Source of the DNA: Andalucia godoyi And28
Lineage: Eukaryota; Protista; Jakobida
Length of the DNA stretch: 64,000 nt
Assembly: GCA_009859145.1 (NCBI GenBank)
Contig: VRVR01000012.1
Span: 124,001 to 188,000, forward strand
Reading direction: 5' to 3'
Shown here: positions 30,110 through 38,516 of the stretch, one piece after another
Layout of the letters: each line of letters begins with the position of its first letter
Numbering within the stretch: position 1 is the first letter of the stretch
Notes under the pieces: model-generated
Seen by the model: only the letters and a program-made list of their open reading frames with translations
The model's database searches: none
Told to the model about the DNA's origin: nothing
Made by a program: the position numbers and the translations under genes

Positions 30110-30874
30110 ATGAGTGCCCCAAGCACATCTCCAGCGGATAAGACCGGTTCGATTCCAGACTTTATTCCAGGACCGTCAATTTTCCCGTCATCGGCATCGA
30201 CATCAGCAGCATCAGCAGCATCAGCATCGGCATCAACAGTGGGTGCAAATCCAAGCTCGACAAGGACAACTGCAGCCTCTGCAGTGTCAGGTCCAACAAC
30301 CACACAGGCATCTTCATCAGTGGTGGCTGCGATCCAAGGAAGACAACCGCCACAGACTGCATCTTCCGGTGGATCTGCGTCGATTTTTGCGTGTCGACAT
30401 AAGAGCGTTGCCTTCTTTTCAGTGTTTTTCAAACTGAGTGCGCTGTTTGTGTATATTTTCTCGACGTTGTTCTTTGATGCGTTCGCACTATCTTTTATTC
30501 TGGTTGTGCTGATGTCGTCTTTTGACTTTTGGACGGTCAAGAATATTTCAGGAAGAATTCTTGTTGGCCTGCGATGGTGGAATGAGGTCAAGGATGATGG
30601 CGAGAATCAGTGGTTCTTCGAGTCTGCTGCTCCCGGAACCTTTGTGGCGGACCCGGTTGACTCCAGGGTGTTTTGGGGCTCGTTGTACATTACTCCGGTC
30701 CTTTGGTCATTTCTCGCGCTTGTCGCAATCCTCAAATTCAACTTTGGATGGCTCTTGATGAACATGGTAGCACTGTTGCTCACCGGCAGCAATGCTTACG
30801 GATACATTCAGTGCGACAAGGAAGCCCGTGGACGCTTGGAACGCATGGCCACCATTGGAAGCATGCTTGTTTGA
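30110..30874 (+). CDS. TVP23: Golgi membrane protein TVP23/FAM18
   Basis: SFDFWTVKNISGRILVGLRWWNEV...W.FES and N..GYIQCDK. Confidence 0.92.
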   Translation: MSAPSTSPADKTGSIPDFIPGPSIFPSSASTSAASAASASASTVGANPSSTRTTAASAVSGPTTTQASSSVVAAIQGRQPPQTASSGGSASIFACRHKSVAFFSVFFKLSALFVYIFSTLFFDAFALSFILVVLMSSFDFWTVKNISGRILVGLRWWNEVKDDGENQWFFESAAPGTFVADPVDSRVFWGSLYITPVLWSFLALVAILKFNFGWLLMNMVALLLTGSNAYGYIQCDKEARGRLERMATIGSMLV

Positions 30875-31140
30875 GGTCGGTATAAAGAAGAAAACCGCGA
30901 CGTTTGCTGTTTCCTTTTTGTGATGTTTGGTGGAACTTGAGCGCAGAAAGTGTTTTCTTGGAGATTGGGGTTGACTTCCATTAGATACAATTGCTTGTCT
31001 GTTGGGAGAAAAAAACCGAGGTGCAGTCTGATTTTCCCCCGTGGTTTGTTTTTACATGTATATGCTCAGATCGAAGGTTTCTTCTTCGTCGTCGTCGTTG
31101 TCGTTGCTGTTGCTGTTGCTGTTGCTGTTGATTGTATAGT

Positions 31141-32007
31141 ATGGGAGGGCCAGAGTCGGAGCAAAAAGAAAAGAGCAAGCTACCCGAGCTGCCAGGAAAT
31201 GAGTATGAAATGGCATTACGGCCAAAGTACGATGCGTCGTGGTACAAGGGTTCTGGAAAGCTGAGTGGAAAGGTGGCGCTGATCACGGGTGGCGACTCGG
31301 GCATCGGCAGATCGGTCGCGATTTTGTACGCAAGAGAGGGGTGCAAGGGTGTGTGCATTGTCTATTTATCGGAAGACAAGGATGCTGCAGAGGCAAAGGC
31401 AATGGTCGAAAAAGAAGGCTCGCAGTGTTTACTGATCCGAGGCGATATTGGCGATCAAGAGTTCTGCAAATCGTGTGTGCGGCAGACTGTGTCGAAATGG
31501 GGAGCTCTGAACATCCTTGTGAACAACGCTGCAGAGCAGCACGTCCAAGACGATATTCGCGGGATTACAAAAGACCAGCTTGTTCGTACGTTCTCAACGA
31601 ATCTATTCTCGATGTTCTTCCTTGTTCAGGCTGCACTTGATGTAATGAAGAAGGACGACTGCATTATCAACTCGACGTCTGTCACTGCGTACCATGGAAA
31701 GGCAAACCTGCTCGACTACTCCTCTTCAAAGGGCGCCATTACGGCATTCACGAGATCGCTGTCCGAGAACCTTTCGGAAAAGGGTATCCGCGTCAACGCA
31801 GTTGCCCCAGGACCCGTATGGACTCCGCTGGTCGCCGGATCGTTTGACAAGGAAACGTTGGCCAAGTTTGGGGAAAAGACTGCGCTGGGCAGAGCCGGTC
31901 AGCCGGAAGACATCGCACCAAGCTACGTGTTTCTTGCAGCAAACGACGGAGCCTATTTCACCGGCCAAGTCTTGCATCCCAATGGCGGCAGCATCGTAAA
32001 CGCATGA
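31141..32007 (+). CDS. Classical SDR, YdaD/YhxC/YghA (general stress protein 39) type
   Basis: YKGSGKLSGKVALITGGDSGIGRSVA, NNAAEQH, YSSSKG (YxxxK), GRAGQPEDIAP and GQVLHPNGG. Confidence 0.9.
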   Translation: MGGPESEQKEKSKLPELPGNEYEMALRPKYDASWYKGSGKLSGKVALITGGDSGIGRSVAILYAREGCKGVCIVYLSEDKDAAEAKAMVEKEGSQCLLIRGDIGDQEFCKSCVRQTVSKWGALNILVNNAAEQHVQDDIRGITKDQLVRTFSTNLFSMFFLVQAALDVMKKDDCIINSTSVTAYHGKANLLDYSSSKGAITAFTRSLSENLSEKGIRVNAVAPGPVWTPLVAGSFDKETLAKFGEKTALGRAGQPEDIAPSYVFLAANDGAYFTGQVLHPNGGSIVNA

Positions 32008-32115
32008 TTATATATTCTCCCCCCATCATGCTTTCATGAATCACGATTCCTGTTTCCATGCAACAAAAAATAATACTAATGATATACGGCTACACCATAC
32101 ACTGCACATGCACAT

Positions 32116-32200
32116 CTACGAACAGACATGCATATTCAATCTTGCATCCCGTTGCCGGGAAGGGGGGGTAGGCCCCCACAAGCCTCACGGCGTTCTTCAG
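32116..32200 (-). ncRNA. Putative omegaRNA scaffold (3' part) of the Fanzor remnant
   Basis: Consecutive hairpins GGGGG-CCTA-CCCCC, TCCCG-GCAA-CGGGA, TGCA-n10-TGCA and CTG-TTCG-TAG lie immediately 3' of the RuvC-III motif. Confidence 0.5.
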
Positions 32201-32653
32201 ATAAATGCTCCGCGCTCCGTTCCCAATCTCGATCAATCTGTGAGCCACTTTCTCAGCGTGGCACGTTGTTCCTGAGAAGGGTGCATTTTGATTCTGACGG
32301 CCCTAGCAGTAGGCGCTTTCGTGTCCTCAGTTGCAGCGATTGATGCACCTGGAGATACGAGAGGAAGAGAGGGTAGGAAGACGGAAGGGTTTTGCGACTG
32401 CAACTGCGTCCGCGCCTGGTGCATCGCAGCAGAAAACCACGAGTTCTGCAAGAGACGGTCCCTGAGGCTTCTGCTTGGGGTTGGCTACCCTGCGTGCTGG
32501 GATTGGAGATCGTGTCTTGGAAGTTCGCCTCTTGGCAGTGCGCTGAACGAATGATAGAATAGATGGCCACGGATGCTGCGTTAAAGAGTGTCGAAAATGC
32601 GGGGCCTGTGTCACAGGCCGCATCTGTTTATGTATACTTCCTTCCGTATGCAT
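32116..32653 (-). mobile_element. Internally deleted, frameshifted Fanzor2/TnpB-type element remnant
   Basis: The minus strand encodes QNSWFS...TARAVRIKMHPSQEQRATLRKW (TnpB/Fanzor N-terminal RLYPxxEQ..LxKW pattern). This is directly followed by IDRDW-(+1 G)-NGARSIYLKN (RuvC-III DRDxNxARNI pattern) and then a hairpin cluster. Confidence 0.75.
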
Positions 32654-33043
32654 GACAATGACGTGTTGTTATTCAACAGTAATAAACAGAATGCTGCAGG
32701 TTACCGGCTGCTGTAAATTAAAAAACGGGAATGTCGGCCGTCGCTCCCGGTCGTCAGTTGATTCTGGGGCCGGCCCGTTTAAACGCAATTTCCCTGGGAT
32801 TTTCAGCCGGACAATCCGGAAACTCTTACCCAACGCCCGCGGTTAGTGTTCAACTGCACGATCTGATTTTTCTCCGCAAGGTCACCCAGGAAGGGTCTCT
32901 GCCCTTTCTTTGCCTTTCGTTCGGTCGTTCATGCTTTTCACATCTTCTGATTTTCTCTTTTGGTTTTGTCTTTTCTTCTCCTTTTCCTTTTTCTTTTCTT
33001 CTCCTTCTTCTTTCCTGTACACGTTTTTGTTTCACATTTCAAC

Positions 33044-34339
33044 ATGCTCAAATACGCCGTTGTCGCACTCGTTGCACTGGCGGTTTTGGTTTCTGCCGAT
33101 GGCCCTTGGTCCTCATGCGGTACCTCTGCCGACCACCTCAAGGTTAGTTCGCTGACCATCAGCCCGAACCCGCTCGCCCGTGGGCAGCCGTTCTCGGTCT
33201 CCTTCTCCGGCTCTCTTGACGAGCAGGTTACTGGAGGCTCTGTTGCGATCAAGGTTTCTTACCAGCGCATCCCCGTTTACGGAAAGACCGTTGATCTTTG
33301 CCAGCTTGTCCAGCAGGGAGGAGCATCGTGCCCGCTCCCCGCCGGCCCCGTGACCTTCACCCAGTCCGAGACCTTCCCGAGCAGCCCCCCCAAGGGAACC
33401 TATGAGGGACAGATCACCATCACCGACTCGAACGGACAGCAGATCACCTGCATCAAGTTCGACATGCCCGTCACTGCCCCTGCCGACTTCGACATGGCTC
33501 TTGATGACGCAATCATTGCAGAGGTCAACCGTGGAGACAACGGATGGACTGCACACCGCTCCCCGAGATTCGAGGGACTCACCATTGCCCAGGCCAAGCA
33601 AATGCTCAAGATCAACGAGGCGAAGTTCAACAACGTCCCGTCAGTTGCAATGCACCTTGATGCAGTGCCCACTAACTTCGATGCACGCACCCAGTGGCCT
33701 AACTGCATCCACCCCATCCGTGACCAGCAGCAGTGCGGTTCATGCTGGGCATTCTCGGCGTCCGAGGCTCTCTCTGACCGATTCTGCATCCAGTCCAATG
33801 GAAAGGTGAACGTTGTTCTCTCGCCGCAATGGTTGGTTTCGTGCGACACCTCGTCCTTGGGTTGCCAGGGAGGATATCTCGACACTACTTGGGAATATAT
33901 GGAGTCGACCGGTCTCCCGACTGACTCGTGCGTTCCTTACACCTCTGGTGGTGGAGACTCTGGCTCGTGCCCAGCCAAGTGCACTGACGGATCTGCCCCG
34001 ACTTTCTACAAGGTCAAGGCTGGCTCGTCAACTCACCTCCCGGACGTTGGCACCATGCAGTCCAACTTGATGACTTATGGACCCATCCAGGTCGCCTTCC
34101 AGGTTTACCAGGACTTCATGTCATACAAGACTGGAGTTTACAAGCATACTAGCGGAGATCTTCTTGGAGGACATGCAGTCAAGATTGTCGGATGGGGAGT
34201 TGATTCCAACACTCCGTACTGGTTGGTTGCCAACTCGTGGGGCACCTCGTGGGGTCAGGCCGGTTTCTTCAAGATCATCCGTGGCCGTAACGAGTGCGGA
34301 ATCGAGAGCTCTGCCTATGCCGGAATTGCAGCCGTCTAA
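33044..34339 (+). CDS. Secreted/lysosomal ML (NPC2/MD-2-like) domain-cathepsin B fusion
   Basis: Signal peptide; ML domain (SCG..LTISPNPL.RG..DLC..CPL..G.Y..ITCI); propeptide (IIAEVN..WTA..RFEGLT); catalytic QQQCGSCWAF, GGHAVKIVGWG and WLVANSWG. Confidence 0.9.
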   Translation: MLKYAVVALVALAVLVSADGPWSSCGTSADHLKVSSLTISPNPLARGQPFSVSFSGSLDEQVTGGSVAIKVSYQRIPVYGKTVDLCQLVQQGGASCPLPAGPVTFTQSETFPSSPPKGTYEGQITITDSNGQQITCIKFDMPVTAPADFDMALDDAIIAEVNRGDNGWTAHRSPRFEGLTIAQAKQMLKINEAKFNNVPSVAMHLDAVPTNFDARTQWPNCIHPIRDQQQCGSCWAFSASEALSDRFCIQSNGKVNVVLSPQWLVSCDTSSLGCQGGYLDTTWEYMESTGLPTDSCVPYTSGGGDSGSCPAKCTDGSAPTFYKVKAGSSTHLPDVGTMQSNLMTYGPIQVAFQVYQDFMSYKTGVYKHTSGDLLGGHAVKIVGWGVDSNTPYWLVANSWGTSWGQAGFFKIIRGRNECGIESSAYAGIAAV

Positions 34340-35160
34340 GCGCTTTCCTGCACCAGCCTCGTCACCCTTGCGCAAATTTTGTTTTTTCGTGAAATAAAGA
34401 AAACTTTCCAGCGCTCCACGCGAGTCGTCGATTGCCTTCTTTTTTTATCGCCATGTACGCCGTTTCGATTTAGGCGCACCAGGACATTTGCGACCTCCAT
34501 TTCGGCAACACAGAGCGAAAGAACACTTCCGCAAGCCTCGATTCTCCACTGGATTCTCTCTCCCATCGCTTCCCAACTGCACTTTTCTTGGGCGGTTCTT
34601 GCATGTCACCAATCCTGCTTGCTCCATCAACAAATGAAGACCCTTTGTGTCAGTACGCATGGACGCAGAGCTTGGGATCCTTCGTTTATGACGCCGGAAA
34701 AAACATTTACGCCTGCATCAGACACCGAGTCAACGAAGGACGTGTTGGTAGAACATGAAACACACACCGGTTTTTTTTAATTACATGTTCTCCATGCTTG
34801 CACCCCCTTTGTGTGTATGCGTGTGTGTGTGTGTGTGTGTGTTTGGGGAGGTTGGGGGGGTTTCAGATAAGATTCTTCGTAATAAAAAAGAAACAATAAC
34901 TAACAATCTGTGAAAGAGAATGTTCGCAACAAAAAAGAAGGCCGGATCATAAGAAATGATCTGTAGGGCAATAGTAGCTGTGCTTGTAATTTTTTTTCCT
35001 CCGCGAGTTTATCTTTAATTCCATTCCCTCGGTCTTGTCTTTAGTGTTTCTGTGGTTTCCAAAAGCTGCATTTCCGCGAATCACCTATCCAGTCACACAT
35101 TCATTCCCCCAATCATTATTACGTTAGAATTCATACATGTATCAATAGTTGAGCGAGGAA

Positions 35161-36012
35161 ATGTCGGTTGAAGCGAGTCTGTTTGAGCGGATATCTCCCA
35201 GTGAGTTTTATCGACGATTTCTGTCAAAAGGCATTCGTCCCGATGGCCGATCTCTGCTTGCGCAGCGTTCTGTTTCTGTTCACGACGGCAACATACGGAC
35301 GTCTGACAATTCTTGTTCCGTACGGATCGGATCGACTGTTGCGCTTGCGGGAATCAAATTGGAAGTTGCGTCTCCGTCTGCAGACGACGCAACAAAAGGA
35401 AAGATCATTCTGAATGTCGATTTCCCAGCAGTGTCGTCTTCCAAACATCCTCGAGATCGCATGTCGGATGCTGCATTGGTATCGGACTTGCTTTCCACGG
35501 TGTTCAAAAATATGTTTGACTTGTCAAGATTGCTCATCCAGGAAGATGCTGCAGTGTGGATTGTGTATGTGGATGTGTGCATCCTGTGCGACGACGGAGC
35601 GGTTCTTGAGGCTGCTGCGCTGGCTGCGTCATGCGCACTTTCATCCCTGCAGCTGCCGCATGTGAGCATCTCGGATGACATGCAAGTAAGCGCAGATCCA
35701 GACGCATCCAAACGACGGCACGTCTTTCGAGATCAAGAATGCGTCCTTGGCGGTGTTTCGTACGCTTTGATCCAAAGTCATGCAGGCGAGACATACGTTG
35801 TTTGTGATCCATCGAGCAAAGAAACAGGGCTTGCGCTCGGCTCTGTTTTGACGTTTTTGATCGACCAGAGTGGGAAAACACGACTGGCGTTCAAAGAGGG
35901 CGGCGAGGCATGGTCCATTCCCCAGTTCAGCGAATGTGCGCAACATGCAGCAGCCCAGGCTGTCGACACACTCAAAGAAGCGCGCCTGTTTTTAAATGCG
36001 AGTTCAAAATGA
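35161..36012 (+). CDS. EXOSC8: Exosome complex component RRP43
   Basis: FERISPSEFYRRFLSKGIRPDGR, GIKLEV, and WIVYVDVCILCDDG in an RNase PH fold. Confidence 0.85.
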   Translation: MSVEASLFERISPSEFYRRFLSKGIRPDGRSLLAQRSVSVHDGNIRTSDNSCSVRIGSTVALAGIKLEVASPSADDATKGKIILNVDFPAVSSSKHPRDRMSDAALVSDLLSTVFKNMFDLSRLLIQEDAAVWIVYVDVCILCDDGAVLEAAALAASCALSSLQLPHVSISDDMQVSADPDASKRRHVFRDQECVLGGVSYALIQSHAGETYVVCDPSSKETGLALGSVLTFLIDQSGKTRLAFKEGGEAWSIPQFSECAQHAAAQAVDTLKEARLFLNASSK

Positions 36013-36151
36013 TGAGACGTTCTCTTGTTTTTATGCTCTTGGTCGTGCAAGAGAACACGAAGCATGAATCATCACAACAACAACAGTAAATCATCATCAT
36101 CATCATCGTAATAATCACATTCATAATTCTAGTAATGTATAAATGAAGAAG

Positions 36152-36153
<2 letters not shown>

Positions 36154-36186
<33 letters not shown>

Positions 36187-36198
36187 GCGCGCGCGCGT
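36154..36198. repeat. (CA)n(CG)n alternating purine-pyrimidine tract
   Basis: A CA run continues directly into CGCGCGCGCG, between the convergent RRP43 and SEC63-like genes. Confidence 0.85.
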
Positions 36199-36297
36199 GA
36201 AACAAACAAACAAAAAACAAATCATATCTAAAAGTAGTACGAATAGGACAACAGAATCAGTTTCTTTGGTATTTTGTTTTGTTTTGTTGTGGACAAT

Positions 36298-37611
36298 CTA
36301 GTTGGAGGATGAGCTGAGGAGCCACTTCAGCACTCCTTCGACCTGCGAGCAGTCTGATCTCTTATCCTTTTCATCCTTGAACGCTTCCATTTCCTTGCGC
36401 ATGGCAGTTGCGATTGCGTCAAAGTCGCGTCGCAGTCTCTTCTTGATCTCGACATATTCGGGCAGTTGCTTGAGATCTCCATGGATCTCCGTCATAACAG
36501 ACGCGGCCTCGGCGGGCGCACGCATCTTCAGCGATGCAAGCGACAAGTTGAATGCAATTGCCATCATGTGAATTGCAAAAGACGGTCTCCATTCAGGCAT
36601 CTTCTGCAAGATGTAGCGGTACGTGCCGAGCACCCATCGGCCACGAACCCTCGCTTGCTCCTGGTTGCCTTCCTCCAGAGCCCTGCCCATCTGTTCCGCA
36701 TTCTTCACGACTTGCCGCACAAGAATCGAAGGAGGTCGCGTGTCATACCGCGGAGTCGTACCCCCAGAGAACCAGTACAGGAGCGGGATAGCAGCAACCA
36801 TGAGGATGATCAAGATGTAGAACACGACAAATCCTCGATCACGACGAACCAAGAATGCAGGAAACGACACACCCATAAACTTTGGTCCATCTGGATCCCC
36901 AAACTCGTCGTAGTTCGCCTTTTTCTGCGGATCCGTGAGCGTTTCCTTTGCTCGGCCAATACGCATGAACATGACGGCAGCCTCTGGGTCCCTGTTTCGA
37001 TCCGGATGGTACTTGACTGAAAGCTTTCTGTACGCCTTGACAACCTCCGCATCCGTCGCATTTCTTGAAACCCCAAGCAAATCATACGGGTCGTTCTCCG
37101 ATCGCGCCGTCGACCCACCAATTGGCGGCAACACTAACAGCGCAGCAATCACCACTGCAAGCAAAATAAGAAAATACTTTGAAAACAAAAACGACAGAAA
37201 TCTGTAGATGCTGCGGAACAGAATCCCCGAGCATCTGCGCACCATCAGCACTGCCCATGTTGCCGCAACTGTCATCCGCGAAGGTGCAAAAGGCAGCGAT
37301 GGGTCCAAGATTTCAACAGGAATCTTTGCCGTCCTTGTCGCAGCTCCAGACGAAGACTGTCCTTGTGCTTGCGCTTGTGACGACGACGATGACAATGACG
37401 AAGAAGAGGAAGAGACCGGATTCGCAACAGCAGCAGACCCCGATTCAGGCTGTGACGCATCCGATTGATCCGCAGAAGTGGTCGCTGCAGTTGTCGACCG
37501 TAATTCTTGGTATTCGCGATACTTTCGCTTTTCTTCTCGGTACTGCAAAAGCTGCTTTCGCTGCTCCTTCTTCTCCTTTGCAGCTTGCAATTGCGCAGCG
37601 CGAGAAGACAT
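36298..37611 (-). CDS. Membrane DnaJ protein resembling SEC63 in its J-domain/TM region but lacking the Brl domain
   Basis: TM, then a J domain (DPYDLLGV..YRKLSVKYHPDRN), then YDEFGDPDGP..GVSFPAFL and a further TM as in Sec63. Only ~150 aa follow. Confidence 0.7.
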   Translation of the reverse strand: MSSRAAQLQAAKEKKEQRKQLLQYREEKRKYREYQELRSTTAATTSADQSDASQPESGSAAVANPVSSSSSSLSSSSSQAQAQGQSSSGAATRTAKIPVEILDPSLPFAPSRMTVAATWAVLMVRRCSGILFRSIYRFLSFLFSKYFLILLAVVIAALLVLPPIGGSTARSENDPYDLLGVSRNATDAEVVKAYRKLSVKYHPDRNRDPEAAVMFMRIGRAKETLTDPQKKANYDEFGDPDGPKFMGVSFPAFLVRRDRGFVVFYILIILMVAAIPLLYWFSGGTTPRYDTRPPSILVRQVVKNAEQMGRALEEGNQEQARVRGRWVLGTYRYILQKMPEWRPSFAIHMMAIAFNLSLASLKMRAPAEAASVMTEIHGDLKQLPEYVEIKKRLRRDFDAIATAMRKEMEAFKDEKDKRSDCSQVEGVLKWLLSSSSN

Positions 37612-38516
37612 TCTATTATTTTTTTTTTTTTTGTTGCGCCGTTAGAACCTGGGGATCGGCAATCTAGAAGGGTTTACTGCTGGAAGCAGGGGGAAGAATA
37701 AACGAAAGAAAGAACGAGGGGAAATAAAATAAAAGAATAAAAGAGCATTGAAAATGACAATTGAAAAGAAAGGAATCAAATCATAAAAGATACAGACAAA
37801 TAAGGATGCAGAGAGAGAGACTAAGAAAGCGACTTTGATACAGAGACGGAGACCGAGACAGAGACAGAGACACCCACACACACATTACTTCTCGTGCCAC
37901 GTTGACATTTGGCGAAAGCAAGGGGCTGTCGGAGATTTCGATTCCCAAATCTGGCAAACAACCCCGACTAGAATAGGGTTTATTTTGCTTTTCATGGTCT
38001 TGTCTGGGGCTCCGTGCAACAAACCCTTTACTCCCGTTTGTGTGCTTTCCGTCATCGTCGTCTCTTTTTCCCTCACGTGTAGGAAGACCTCCACCATAAC
38101 AACAAATACTACGAACTACGACTACGATTACAACTACGATCCCGATTAAGTATCCTGGAGTTGGTTTCATTCTCTGTATCTCATTATCGACGCGCCGTTG
38201 TTTCGTTTCCCCGTCTTTCTTTCCTCTTCTTTCGCATCTTTTTTGGCCTTCTCTATCAGCAGCTTCCGGTCGTCTTTGGTCGAGGGCAAGAAAAGGCGCC
38301 TTTCTTTTACGACTGATACTCCCCCTTTTATTTTTTCCCCCTTTCCCTTATTTTTCTTCTTCGTGCTGTTTCATACGTTTTATTTTGTTGTTGTTTTTTT
38401 CTTTTGCCCTCTTTCATACTGATTTATAGTCTGTTCGTCTAGATACTGCATATATATAAGCGAGAAGCAAAGCAAAGCTCAAAAAAAAAAAAAAAAAAAA
38501 AAAAATCCACAGCGGA

